64,000 bases of DNA, taken from positions 466,026-530,025 of the forward strand of contig OY282360.1 in assembly GCA_958295675.1 (NCBI GenBank), written 5' to 3'. This document shows positions 40,697 through 50,042 of this stretch, piece by piece (positions within the stretch are counted from its first letter, which is position 1; the number at the start of each line of letters is the position of its first letter). Source of the DNA: Minisyncoccota bacterium. Lineage in GTDB: Bacteria > Patescibacteriota > Minisyncoccia > Phycocordibacterales > JABAAK01. The notes below the pieces were generated by a model. The model had not been told where the DNA came from, searched no databases, and saw only the letters and a list, made by a program, of their open reading frames with translations. The position numbers and the translations under genes are program-made.

Positions 40697-41572
40697 ATGG
40701 ATGTTCGCACACAGTTTTTTTTAAGTATGGTGGGTCTCGGTATTATTGTCATATTCCTCAGTGTTCTGGTGTACCTTTCCGCAACGACTGACCCGCTGCC
40801 GAACAATGAAACTGAATCTCTATTCAGACCGGTTGCTATTGATAGTTCAAATACACTCGGCGTGAACACATTATTCCCCGGTCGTTCCGCCGACAATGAA
40901 AACACGCTCGAAGAAAGTGAGGAAGATATTATCGCGACGGTCACATTACAGGACACTAAAACCCCGGGAACAGAATTAAACGAGAACGAAGAAAAAAATT
41001 TGAAAGATAATGAGATAGAATACACAGTTCGGATGTCCGTTTCATGGAGTAAACTACTCTTCCCGGATTGGTATCCTGCAGGCGCACACCTGTCCCCCAT
41101 GGTCGTGTGGTCGCACCGACTTGAAGACGCGGTGTTCAAACCGGGTGAAATCGCCAGCGACGGCATGGAGAGAATGGCAGAAGTTGGTGCCACCGCTGAA
41201 CTAAAAAAAGAAATTGAATATCTCGGCAACGCCGGCTATCTGCTGCACTACGCGACCGGCAGGCGAATTGACGCGCCCGGAGAAGATTCCGTCAATGTTA
41301 TATTATCCGCAAACACACCGCTGGTAAGCGCGGTAAGTATGGTAGCACCGAGTCCGGACTGGTTTGTTGCCGCGCGCAATGTTCGTCTTTTTCAAAACGG
41401 ACAATGGATTGACCGGTTGTCCGTACCGGCTACACTCTATGATGCGGGAACTGACAGCGGCGACACATTCACCGCGCGCAACGACGACACCAACCCGCCG
41501 AATTCTATCACTGCCCTGCCGTCCGCACCGACAGTGCCGATAGTGACATTTGAATTCATTCGCGTGAATTGA
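40697..41572 (+). CDS. Secreted/anchored Spondin_N-like domain protein
   Basis: N-terminal signal anchor. The domain contains ...LSPMVVWSHRLEDAVFKPGEIASDGMERMAEVG...APSPDWFVAARNVRLFQNGQWIDRLSVPATLYDAGTDSG, which matches the F-spondin N-terminal (Spondin_N) fold signature (SPDWFVG...DAGTDSG). The start is chosen at the internal Met MDVRTQ. Confidence 0.55.
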   Translation: MDVRTQFFLSMVGLGIIVIFLSVLVYLSATTDPLPNNETESLFRPVAIDSSNTLGVNTLFPGRSADNENTLEESEEDIIATVTLQDTKTPGTELNENEEKNLKDNEIEYTVRMSVSWSKLLFPDWYPAGAHLSPMVVWSHRLEDAVFKPGEIASDGMERMAEVGATAELKKEIEYLGNAGYLLHYATGRRIDAPGEDSVNVILSANTPLVSAVSMVAPSPDWFVAARNVRLFQNGQWIDRLSVPATLYDAGTDSGDTFTARNDDTNPPNSITALPSAPTVPIVTFEFIRVN

Positions 41573-41576
41573 AATA

Positions 41577-42935
41577 TCACGATCGCTCGCGCATCACTTT
41601 CTGTATCTCCTCCCGAATAATGCGTCGTTCATCCCACGGCAATGATTCTCCGCGCACTTCCATAGTCAACTCGGCTCCTTTGCCGGTAATAATGACCACA
41701 TCACCGCCGCGCGCCATTGCAATAGATTTATAAATCGCCTTTCTCCTGTCCGGTTCAACCTCCCACCTTGCTTTCTCATTTTTCTTGGCACCGGCAACCA
41801 CTGCGTCAATAATTATTTTTGGGTCATCAAAAAACGGATCCACATCGGTGATGATGGTTCTGTCAGCATAGGCGGTGGTCGTCTCCCCTATCTGCCGCGC
41901 ATTATACTTCCAACGGGACGCACCGACAGCACCGACAACCATAATCACCGCGCCGTTCTTTCCTGCATACCCACTCAGCGCGTTGTACACGCTCGCTATA
42001 CTGAGCGGTTCATGCGCATAATCACAAAAAACTTTAAAAGGCTGTCCTTCATCAATACACTCAAGCCGACCGGGAAGCACAATTGACGACAACGCCTGCT
42101 GTATCACCTCCGAGGAAGTATCACAATACCGTTTCGCAAGCAGTATTGCCGGTGTGACATTTCTGACGGTAATTGAACCGGGAAGTGATACGGTATACCT
42201 GTCTCCTTCAAGAAAAAAAACATTTTCATCCCTTCCGCTTTCCTCATCTATACATGCCCGCACCGAAGCATTCGGTCCGAATCCGAACAAAATCTGCTCG
42301 CTTCGGGATGAAGAAGCGCAATTACGAAAATATTCCATATACCGATCATCGGCATTCAGTAGCACAAAACGCGGTATCGGTTTGCCGTGTATTACTTTCT
42401 GATACATTTGCGCATGCCGTCTGAACAACCGTCCTTTAACCGCGCGGTATCGCTCAAAAGTTTTATGCGTCACGAGATGTTCCGCGGCAAGATTAGTGAA
42501 CACCAAAGAGTCATAATGCACACCGAGATCCCTGAATTGCCGTATTCCCTCTGACGGTGTCTCAATAACCGCATACACGCAACCGGCATCAAGCATATTA
42601 CGAAGCTGCCGCTGCACAAAACCGCGTCCCGGCATGGTCATGTGCATGGTATTCGGGTACACCTCATTGCCGATACGCGTTTCAACAGTGGAAAGAAGTC
42701 CTGTTTTGCATCCGGATGCGGAAAGCACTGCATGGAGAAACAAAGCTGTGGTGGTCTTTCCTTTGGTGCCGGTCACACCGATGACAATAATGTGTCGGGA
42801 TGGATGTCTGTACACAATAAACGCGACGACGGCAATGATAAAATGATATGTGAGCATTAAAAACTCCGGTATATACCGCACAACACCACCCTTAACTTTT
42901 CTGACAATTGACCACGGTGCGTCCATTTTCAGCAT
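41577..42935 (-). CDS. Mur ligase family protein (MurE/MurF-like UDP-MurNAc-peptide ligase)
   Basis: P-loop VIGVTGTKGKTTTALFL and Mur ligase middle and C-terminal domain pattern. The specific paralog was not resolved. Confidence 0.65.
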   Translation of the reverse strand: MLKMDAPWSIVRKVKGGVVRYIPEFLMLTYHFIIAVVAFIVYRHPSRHIIVIGVTGTKGKTTTALFLHAVLSASGCKTGLLSTVETRIGNEVYPNTMHMTMPGRGFVQRQLRNMLDAGCVYAVIETPSEGIRQFRDLGVHYDSLVFTNLAAEHLVTHKTFERYRAVKGRLFRRHAQMYQKVIHGKPIPRFVLLNADDRYMEYFRNCASSSRSEQILFGFGPNASVRACIDEESGRDENVFFLEGDRYTVSLPGSITVRNVTPAILLAKRYCDTSSEVIQQALSSIVLPGRLECIDEGQPFKVFCDYAHEPLSIASVYNALSGYAGKNGAVIMVVGAVGASRWKYNARQIGETTTAYADRTIITDVDPFFDDPKIIIDAVVAGAKKNEKARWEVEPDRRKAIYKSIAMARGGDVVIITGKGAELTMEVRGESLPWDERRIIREEIQKVMRERS

Positions 42936-42956
42936 TACTAATCAGTATACCACCAC

Positions 42957-44039
42957 TTACCGGTTATACTCCTCACGAAGCTCAACCATGGTGGCTAAGT
43001 ACCATTTTCTCAGAAAACGGTATGCCCGAGTAACAGGATACCACCGTACAGCACGAAATATCCGATATCGAAGACCGGAAACGACAATATCCAGTAAATC
43101 TCCCCTATCAACAACATTCCCGCCAAATTTCCCCTTAAAAGCGGACTGCGCACGCAGGGTTCGCAGCACCGTATCATCTTGCATTGAAACAGCACCGAGG
43201 TTGTACCGCCACAATCCTTGTTTTTTTGAGTCCTTAATCGCCGTGTACAGTGCCAGGGTGGGCATCGTCTCATATCCGGGTGCATTTGCTGTAAGCATAC
43301 AATGGGCTTCATATCCGGCATAAGCGGTAATCACGGCAGAAACCGGCGTTTTACCGTCAGAAATATACCCAAGCGTCAATGTCACATATTCCGGGTTAGC
43401 GTTCATCTCATCAAAGAGAGATTCATAGTATGCAAACGGATGCATTTCACAGTTATCAGATGCCGATTCCGCGGAAAGTAATGCATACACATTTGAAAGG
43501 TGTGATTTAAAATCTGTTTTTTCTGAATAAAAGCGGATATTCTCCTTGTCCTGCTCATATTGCTTGACAATACTTCTCGTGTCAGCAGCAAAATTGCCGA
43601 TAATGGCATCCAAATCTTCATTAAGAGTGATAACTCGTTCAGTAGGCGGACGGCTTTCCGCGCTGAGAGTTCGTTCCGCGGGTTTGGTGCGTATACGCCG
43701 CGATGTCGGCTCTCCCTGTATACGAATATGCACGGTGTCCGTAACCGCATCAAGACACTGACGGCAAAGTTCTTCATAAAATTCCTCTTCAATTGAAACT
43801 GAACCAAAAGAACCGAGCGGTCCGTGAAATGCGACCCACACCGTACCGAGCAACGGCACAGTGTGTCCGACACACTGAACATACGCCCGAATTTTATTCT
43901 CCTCATCATCCATAGCAAGAGCAACAATCGGACGACCGATCCGTTCCTGCCATCGACGATAAAAAAGACCCTGATACAATGAAATATCCTTAAAATGCTT
44001 CTCCGGGTCAAACGAATTGGGCGGTGTGTACAGATACAT
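42957..44039 (-). CDS. FemAB-like / GNAT-fold peptidoglycan interpeptide-bridge transferase-like protein (tentative)
   Basis: Size (~360 aa), position next to the Mur ligase and weak overall resemblance. No diagnostic motif was confirmed. Confidence 0.35.
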   Translation of the reverse strand: MYLYTPPNSFDPEKHFKDISLYQGLFYRRWQERIGRPIVALAMDDEENKIRAYVQCVGHTVPLLGTVWVAFHGPLGSFGSVSIEEEFYEELCRQCLDAVTDTVHIRIQGEPTSRRIRTKPAERTLSAESRPPTERVITLNEDLDAIIGNFAADTRSIVKQYEQDKENIRFYSEKTDFKSHLSNVYALLSAESASDNCEMHPFAYYESLFDEMNANPEYVTLTLGYISDGKTPVSAVITAYAGYEAHCMLTANAPGYETMPTLALYTAIKDSKKQGLWRYNLGAVSMQDDTVLRTLRAQSAFKGKFGGNVVDRGDLLDIVVSGLRYRIFRAVRWYPVTRAYRFLRKWYLATMVELREEYNR

Positions 44040-44079
44040 AGTAAATAGTGTACCTCATTAAGAAAGGAATAATCTATAA

Positions 44080-45330
44080 TTACTGAAACATGCCGCGTGA
44101 GCGTTTTTGCCGATGCCGAGTAATCGCGAAACGGTGCGCCTCGGCATTGGCACGAATAATAGCATGTTCATAGTCACGAGCGAACATGGGCGCGCCGAGC
44201 ACCGCGCGGGGTGTATGCTTCTCGGTCTTCACCACAGAAACAATAGGGATGGCGATACCGCTTTCCGTCAGTATATTTTGCGCGGCATCAAGATGCGCTT
44301 TTCCGCCGTCCATGACAATAAGACGGGGTAACGGCCATTCGGAATGCCGCAGACGGCGTTCCAGTATCTCTCGCAGCGCGCCGATATCGTCACCGGAAAC
44401 AGCTTCACGGATAGTGAATGTCCGATAGTCGGCTGGGGACATTTCTCCGTCAACAAGCACAACCATAACACCGACTGTATCTTTTCCCGCAAGATGCGCG
44501 ATATCATACGCTTCAATACGAAACGAACGGACACCGGGAACGGAACCTGTGTCTATACTTTCTTTTTTAATAAGCGCGACATCCTGTATATGCGTCAACG
44601 CGAAGATGCGCCGACGCACCTCTTCCGCTTTCTCAAATTCCCGTTCCTTGGCGTATTGCTTCATCTCACGCTCCAGCATAGCAATCAGTTGTTTCTTTTT
44701 CCCGCTGAAAAACAGGACTATTTCCCGTATCCGTTTCGCGTATGCTTTTTTATCTATAAGACCGGCGCACATACCGGGACACAGACCTAATTGCGCGCGG
44801 AAACACATGCGGGAACTTTTTCCGCTTGCGCGATCATGCGGCACGCATGAATCGCGAAACGGTAGAATCTTCCGTAGCACCCGAAGTGCCTCTTTGAGCA
44901 TGCCGCCGCGCGGGAACGGACCGAATATATGGCTGAATTCCATGCTCGTAATTCCCTGCTCTACATTCCTTCCGCGAACAACAAGTACACGGGGAAAATC
45001 CTCTTTCGTGATACCGACAAACTGAAAACTCTTATCATCCTTATCAACAACATTGTATGCCGGCTTGTACTTTTTTATAAAATTCGCTTCAAGAATATAC
45101 GCCTCTAAAACGCTGTCAGTCGGTATGATTTCCACTCGTTTTGCCTGTTCAACCGCATCAACAATGCGCGCACCCCTGTCGGAAGCGAGACGACCGGAAA
45201 AATAACTTCGTACACGACTGCGTAAATCAGTTGCCCGACCCGCATACAACACAACATCTCCGACACCGCGAAACAGGTATACACCCGGCAGTTCTGGTAC
45301 TATCTTAAAATCAAGATCATGTTGCTTCAT
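44080..45330 (-). CDS. uvrC: Excinuclease ABC subunit C (short form without C-terminal HhH)
   Basis: GIY-YIG motif (GVYLFRGVGDVVLYAGRATDLRSRVRSYF), a UvrBC-interaction region and a C-terminal RNase-H-like endonuclease domain. The start is placed at ATG 45330, downstream of the upstream terminator hairpin. Confidence 0.82.
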   Translation of the reverse strand: MKQHDLDFKIVPELPGVYLFRGVGDVVLYAGRATDLRSRVRSYFSGRLASDRGARIVDAVEQAKRVEIIPTDSVLEAYILEANFIKKYKPAYNVVDKDDKSFQFVGITKEDFPRVLVVRGRNVEQGITSMEFSHIFGPFPRGGMLKEALRVLRKILPFRDSCVPHDRASGKSSRMCFRAQLGLCPGMCAGLIDKKAYAKRIREIVLFFSGKKKQLIAMLEREMKQYAKEREFEKAEEVRRRIFALTHIQDVALIKKESIDTGSVPGVRSFRIEAYDIAHLAGKDTVGVMVVLVDGEMSPADYRTFTIREAVSGDDIGALREILERRLRHSEWPLPRLIVMDGGKAHLDAAQNILTESGIAIPIVSVVKTEKHTPRAVLGAPMFARDYEHAIIRANAEAHRFAITRHRQKRSRGMFQ

Positions 45331-45345
45331 GAATACAGTATATAA

Positions 45346-45386
45346 AAAAGAAAAGGCGGGACAAGAAGTCACCGCCTTTTAACCGA
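45346..45386 (-). terminator. Rho-independent terminator (aaaaggcgggacaagaagtcaccgcctttt) for gene 45410..46171
   Basis: GC-rich hairpin with flanking A/T tracts. Confidence 0.55.
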
Positions 45387-45409
45387 GCGTTGCAGCACGA
45401 AGAAGCGTG

Positions 45410-46171
45410 TTATTTCAGCAGCATTTCCTTGAGGTACCAGAATCTGTCTGGTTTTTTTGAAATTATTCTTCTTATTTTTTCCTCCACTTCCGCCTCAAAC
45501 GGAAAATGGTTACGCATGTCACGCAAGAAATTCGTAATCAAACGAATTGCTTGTCTGTCAGAAAAAGTGATGATGATTTGAACAGCGCGCAGGACAATGT
45601 CCTGACGACAACTGACCATATTACACTTTTCGCTCTGATCAATCGTCCGCTGCCAAAATTCGATGTGAAAAAGCGCAGTCATGACCTCATTGCACCTGCT
45701 AATCCGCACATTCCCTTCACCGCATTTCACTGTGCTAACCTCTCCCGTTTCAAAGAGAATGATGGACTGATGTCCCGGAAGCATGTGCAACAGATTCGCA
45801 TCCGAATCACGCAGCAGGGTATAAGACAAAGGAACCTTTTCCCAAGCCGTAAGCCGTTTCAAATCGTGAAAAATCGCTTTCCACGAAACGCTTGATTGAT
45901 GTTCTCCTTCCGACGGAAGAAAACTCACCTTGAGATAAACGCCTGCCTGACCCGTCAGATTACAACGATCAATCACCGTACCGTCACCAAACAACCAGGA
46001 AGGTTTGATCGTTTGCGAATCTAAAACCCGAAAACAATTCTGCCGATTCGGGTTATACGGCAGAATGTTCACTACATTTGCAAGGCGTACAACTGGACTC
46101 ACGCCGAAACTAGAAAAAGCAGCGGGGGTTTTTTCAACCACACGGAATTTCTTCATTTGTGTTTCCTCCAC
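45410..46171 (-). CDS. Hypothetical protein (253 aa)
   Basis: Intact ORF followed by a terminator. No motif was recognised. Confidence 0.4.
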   Translation of the reverse strand: MEETQMKKFRVVEKTPAAFSSFGVSPVVRLANVVNILPYNPNRQNCFRVLDSQTIKPSWLFGDGTVIDRCNLTGQAGVYLKVSFLPSEGEHQSSVSWKAIFHDLKRLTAWEKVPLSYTLLRDSDANLLHMLPGHQSIILFETGEVSTVKCGEGNVRISRCNEVMTALFHIEFWQRTIDQSEKCNMVSCRQDIVLRAVQIIITFSDRQAIRLITNFLRDMRNHFPFEAEVEEKIRRIISKKPDRFWYLKEMLLK

Positions 46172-46382
46172 AAGTGGAAATTTACGGGTACTCTAATTGC
46201 ACCCTAAAATAGTATACCAGTGCAGAATAAATATAACAACAGGAAATATAAAATAATAATTAGCGTAAAAAGCAAGAAAATACAATAAGTACCGAACAGT
46301 ATTATACACCGCTACCACAAAATACAAAAAAGAATCGCGGTGATTCCGAAGAATCACCGCGATGTAAGAAGAAAGGGAGTAA

Positions 46383-47381
46383 CTACTTGTTCCCACCAAT
46401 CCCCTTCTTAAGCGAGGATGCCATGTCCTCGCTCATGATGGAAGGAGCCGCCGGCGCCCTCTTACTCTGCTGCTTCCAGGAAAAACGGTAGAGTTTGTCC
46501 ATCGCCCGATTGAACAGACGATTTTGGCGATCGTTCAAGTCACAGGAATTCAAGAACTTTTTCAAACCCTCTACCTGCTTATCGACTTGCTTTGCAAAGT
46601 CCTCCTCGAGAGAGGTGGACTCATCGCCTTCAAAAGCCAACATGTTCAGAAGGTTTATCGCCTCCCAGGCAACAGAGGAACGATACTTGTTGATATTCCT
46701 TTTGTTAAGAAAACGCAATCTCTTCGAAACAATATCGAAGAATCTCTTGCTCCGGAAGAAGAAGGCGGTCTCGACGTTGAGAACGGAACGATTGGCATCG
46801 CCACTCTCTCTGTTAAGCAAATCAAGACCTTTCTCCGTATAGGAGATGATCTGGACCTCCCCTGTCGGCAGAAGAAGCGCGACAAAGGTGTTCGGACGAA
46901 ACTGCACCAACACCTCACCACTTCCCTGAGCGGGAACGAAAGCCGGTTTCCGGTCATCCAAATGAATGGTGCACGAACCCGTCCAAAAGGTATAACCGGC
47001 TTCCGAACGGAGATCAAACTTCACAAGCACCCGTTCATCATCACGGCCATCCGGTTTCGCAAGAAAATAGGAAGGTTTTTCACCCGCCTCGTTATTGCTT
47101 TCCACCAACGCGCGACGGCAGCGGACGAAGCCCGCCTTCTCATCCGTGTAGAGAGGACCCTTAAGCGGTCGAGGGATTGACCGCCCTCCCGCACGAAGCC
47201 ACAGTTGACCATCTTCTGGGGCATCCCACTCTAGCGAGACGCCCTCACTGATGACGAAGTCGCTGGTGTCGGAATTCCATGCTGCGGTGTATGCCGTTGC
47301 CGGCAGCTTGGCCTCCCTTTTCAGCAGTGTGCTGGCGGGGTTGACCGTGACAAGGTCGTCAACGGAAATCTTTATGGCCAT
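46383..47381 (-). CDS. Hypothetical protein (332 aa)
   Basis: Intact ORF. No motif was recognised. Confidence 0.4.
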   Translation of the reverse strand: MAIKISVDDLVTVNPASTLLKREAKLPATAYTAAWNSDTSDFVISEGVSLEWDAPEDGQLWLRAGGRSIPRPLKGPLYTDEKAGFVRCRRALVESNNEAGEKPSYFLAKPDGRDDERVLVKFDLRSEAGYTFWTGSCTIHLDDRKPAFVPAQGSGEVLVQFRPNTFVALLLPTGEVQIISYTEKGLDLLNRESGDANRSVLNVETAFFFRSKRFFDIVSKRLRFLNKRNINKYRSSVAWEAINLLNMLAFEGDESTSLEEDFAKQVDKQVEGLKKFLNSCDLNDRQNRLFNRAMDKLYRFSWKQQSKRAPAAPSIMSEDMASSLKKGIGGNK

Positions 47382-47533
47382 GAGCCATCCTCCTTTTACT
47401 GAAAAAGAAACAAATGCTTACCTCCACACTCTCGAGCGAAGATCAGCATCTTTTGAAAAAGAAAATGGAGAGATAGTAACTTCAATCTCACCATTATGTC
47501 CGTTATGTATTATACAGTAAAATAAATAAATAG

Positions 47534-47755
47534 TCAAATAAAAAACACCGGAGGTGAAACATCCCAACAATCAGCACGATTGGCACGATGCTTCACTTTC
47601 CGGCAATATTTGCTCCGATCCCGTTCGGTACGGGAACGGAACTGAGGATTCGTCACCAAATCTTTGGCAACCCAATTCCCTGCTTTGTGCGACTCAAGCT
47701 GCTTAAGCCGCCGACGCTGCCGTTTTGACAGCCCTTTTTTAGCAACCGTGCTCAT
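47534..47755 (-). CDS. Small basic hypothetical protein (73 aa)
   Basis: Lys/Arg-rich ORF. It may not be a real gene. Confidence 0.25.
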   Translation of the reverse strand: MSTVAKKGLSKRQRRRLKQLESHKAGNWVAKDLVTNPQFRSRTERDRSKYCRKVKHRANRADCWDVSPPVFFI

Positions 47756-47860
47756 GCTCTCCTCCGTTTCAGGTTTGCTACACTATATATAATAGCAAAA
47801 TATAGAATATTTGTCAAAATTTCAATAAAACACTTACAAAGAGGAGTATCTCCTATATAC

Positions 47861-47889
47861 TTGACAATTCAATAAAAATTGTGTATTAT
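47861..47889 (+). promoter_or_regulatory. Strong sigma70-type promoter TTGACA-17-TATTAT
   Basis: ttgaca attcaataaaaattgtg tattat. The transcription start site is predicted near 47896. Confidence 0.6.
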
Positions 47890-47895
47890 ATATAT

Positions 47896-48036
47896 GGGTG
47901 ACGGGCGGATGCGACTCTATACGATATTGGCTACAGTCCACCCTACCCCTTCGGGACTGCGCCCTCTCCGTCATCACCTTTATACTTATCAGGCACCCCC
48001 TGCGGTTCTCCGCAGGCGGTGCCTACCACTTTTTTA
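47896..48036 (+). ncRNA. Candidate ~140-nt small RNA (unknown family) between consensus promoter and intrinsic terminator
   Basis: 5' GGGUGACGG pairs with 3' CCGUCAUCACC. It has an internal CCC-UUCG-GGG hairpin and a terminal hairpin ggcaccccctgcgg/ccgcaggcggtgcc followed by UUUUUU. It has no coding potential. Confidence 0.45.
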
Positions 48037-48136
48037 ATACATACACTAAGGTTCTTAGTGCGTACTGATACTAACTATAATACACCCCACCTTTTTTAAC
48101 TTGTATAATTACTATTTTATTGGTATAGTATTTATT

Positions 48137-48589
48137 GGAGATGGGAAGTGTCCCATCAAGACCCCATCAGGTAGGGAAGGGATTGGTACTCTCTTCGTGA
48201 AGGTGCGTGGTACTTAGAGAAAGCGTTTAGTGTGGAAAGGGTGGATCGGCGGTGTAATTCCCCGAAAATTCCGAAATGTCCCTCATTCTTTAACAAGGAT
48301 TGAGGTTTGGGTAACTGTGATGGACGAGCATAAACCACTTACCAATGGTTTGTGCAAACTCTCGTCTATTGCAGCGCCGGACCTGCTGGCAGTGGGTGCT
48401 GTCCAAGCCTGCGTGAGCCTTCCGACGTATATATGCCAAGGTTTCTGCACGCTGGGAACGGCTGCCATTGCTACGGCCGCGCGCCACAAAACATTTCCAA
48501 ACACTGAAAAAGGTCGGTAACATCCCGAGTGCCTGCTTCCTGTCTCCACCCCACACACATGTACATGTGTGTGGGGTGCATTCTTTTTT
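48137..48589 (+). ncRNA. Candidate large structured RNA, copy 1 (~450 nt, unknown class)
   Basis: Promoter TTGTAT-17-TATAGT at 48101-48129. Conserved sequence blocks are shared with copy 2 (gggaagtgt, ggtgyaattcccc, caaggattgaggtt, ttccgacgyatayagccaaggwtt, aaacactgrmaaaaggtcggtamcatc). The overlapping ORFs of the two copies are not similar at the protein level. It ends in a hairpin terminator at 48549-48589. Confidence 0.4.
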
Positions 48590-48796
48590 ACTCTGTGTCA
48601 GGTACCAGTAGAACACCTGCGCACCATTTTCTCATATCCTTCTCATCTGTACCTAACCTGCGTGGGGTGATTTTTTGCTGGCTATCAATGCTCTATATAG
48701 GCGGTGCTTTTTCCCACTTTGTATGCATGTGACAAGTGCTTTGTTAGGTTTTGATATCATAAATATAGCAAGGGATACACCTCTATGGTATAAAAC

Positions 48797-48824
48797 TTGC
48801 GAAAAATTGATCGTTTGCTATAAT
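48797..48824 (+). promoter_or_regulatory. Sigma70-type promoter TTGCGA-16-TATAAT for RNA element copy 2
   Basis: ttgcga aaaattgatcgtttgc tataat. Confidence 0.55.
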
Positions 48825-48831
48825 ACCATGC

Positions 48832-49314
48832 AGAAGATGGGAAGTGTTGGTGTGTCACAAAAAACACAACGGATTCTCATCAAGCGGGGAAGAAAGTCAT
48901 TTTCTGCTTGTGAGAATATTCAGATACTCCCGATGCAGCGTTTCAGTGCGGATACGAGTGGACCGGTGGTGCAATTCCCCGGAAAGCTTGAAGTGTCCTC
49001 GTCCTTTTGCAAGGATTGAGGTTGGCTACCGCATAGACAAGCAACTCACACTGTACCGCAGTGGTTTAAAAAAAGTGCTTGTCTTTGTACGGTTCACGAA
49101 CCCCCTGGTTCTGGAAGCTAGAGCTCATCAGCGAGTAGTAAGTGGATTCTTCCGACGCATACACGCCAAGGATTCCGCTCGCCGAGTTGGCTAACCATTA
49201 CCAACGGTCGTGTACATAAAATCACTTCCGAAACACTGGCAAAAGGTCGGTACCATCGGATATCGAACCTTCCCATCTTCTTCTTACCCCACCTATGTGT
49301 GGGGTGATTTTTTT
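48832..49314 (+). ncRNA. Candidate large structured RNA, copy 2 (~480 nt, paralog of 48137-48589)
   Basis: Same conserved blocks in the same order as copy 1, with variable intervening segments. Terminator ccccacctatgtgtgggg+T7 at 49287-49314. Confidence 0.4.
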
Positions 49315-49435
49315 GCTGGCTATCAATGCTCTATATAGGCGGTGCTTTTTCCCACTTTGTATGCATTTGACAAGTACTTTGTTAGATGTTGCTATCATAA
49401 GTATGTCAAAGGATACATCCCTTTCCTATATATAC

Positions 49436-49464
49436 TTGCGAAAAGGTATGAAATATTGTAGTAT
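49436..49464 (+). promoter_or_regulatory. Sigma70-type promoter TTGCGA-17-TAGTAT for the small membrane protein gene
   Basis: It sits in a repeated module homologous to 48656-48830. Confidence 0.5.
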
Positions 49465-49524
49465 AGATATTAAAGGTAGCAGTAAGGTGCCTTTGTTCTG
49501 TTCATTGCAAAAAGGAAGCGATTG

Positions 49525-49851
49525 ATGTCAAGAAACACCGCAGATGTTGATAGGAATGAAGAAGGTTTTCTTTCCTCATTCCCGGAAAACATCTTTCTCT
49601 TTGCACCCTTCATGATCTTGGGCGCGGGTTTCGTTAGCATACTGGTGTTCAAAACACCTTTCATGCCGACAATGCTCACCAGCGTGACGATCTTGATCAT
49701 AACCGCCTGCACTTTTTTGTTTGAGATGGCTGCGCGGTCTGAGCATAACGATCTACCTGCGAAATGGATCCTTGTCGGACTACTACTTGCACTTGCCTCT
49801 TTTGGGACCTTAACGGGGCTGTCTTGGCAGCTGCACATCGGGTGCACATAA
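49525..49851 (+). CDS. Small membrane protein (108 aa, 3 predicted TM helices)
   Basis: RBS aggaag 7 nt upstream of ATG 49525, hydrophobic segments, and a terminator ccccttcctctgcggaagggg+T7 at 49871-49899. Confidence 0.5.
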   Translation: MSRNTADVDRNEEGFLSSFPENIFLFAPFMILGAGFVSILVFKTPFMPTMLTSVTILIITACTFLFEMAARSEHNDLPAKWILVGLLLALASFGTLTGLSWQLHIGCT

Positions 49852-50042
49852 TCGGAACAACCACCACAATCCCCTTCCTCTGCGGAAGGGGATTTTTTTA
49901 TAGTATCCGTGTGTTCTTTTGTACTGTAGATTTCCGGATATGTATCTTGTAGCATTTTTTGCTATGATAGTTCCGGCTTCCCATCTTCTCCTTACCCCCA
50001 CCTATGTGGGGTGATTTTTTTATCACATACCGGATAACACTA

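Noticed and set aside
48137-49314. Cobalamin riboswitch assignment for the two ~450-nt elements
   Set aside because: Only a partial resemblance is present (ggtg-aattcc, cactgg...aaggtcgg). The canonical B12 box (GCCACUG) is absent. The elements are about twice riboswitch length and have no downstream transporter or biosynthesis gene. They are kept as unclassified RNA candidates.
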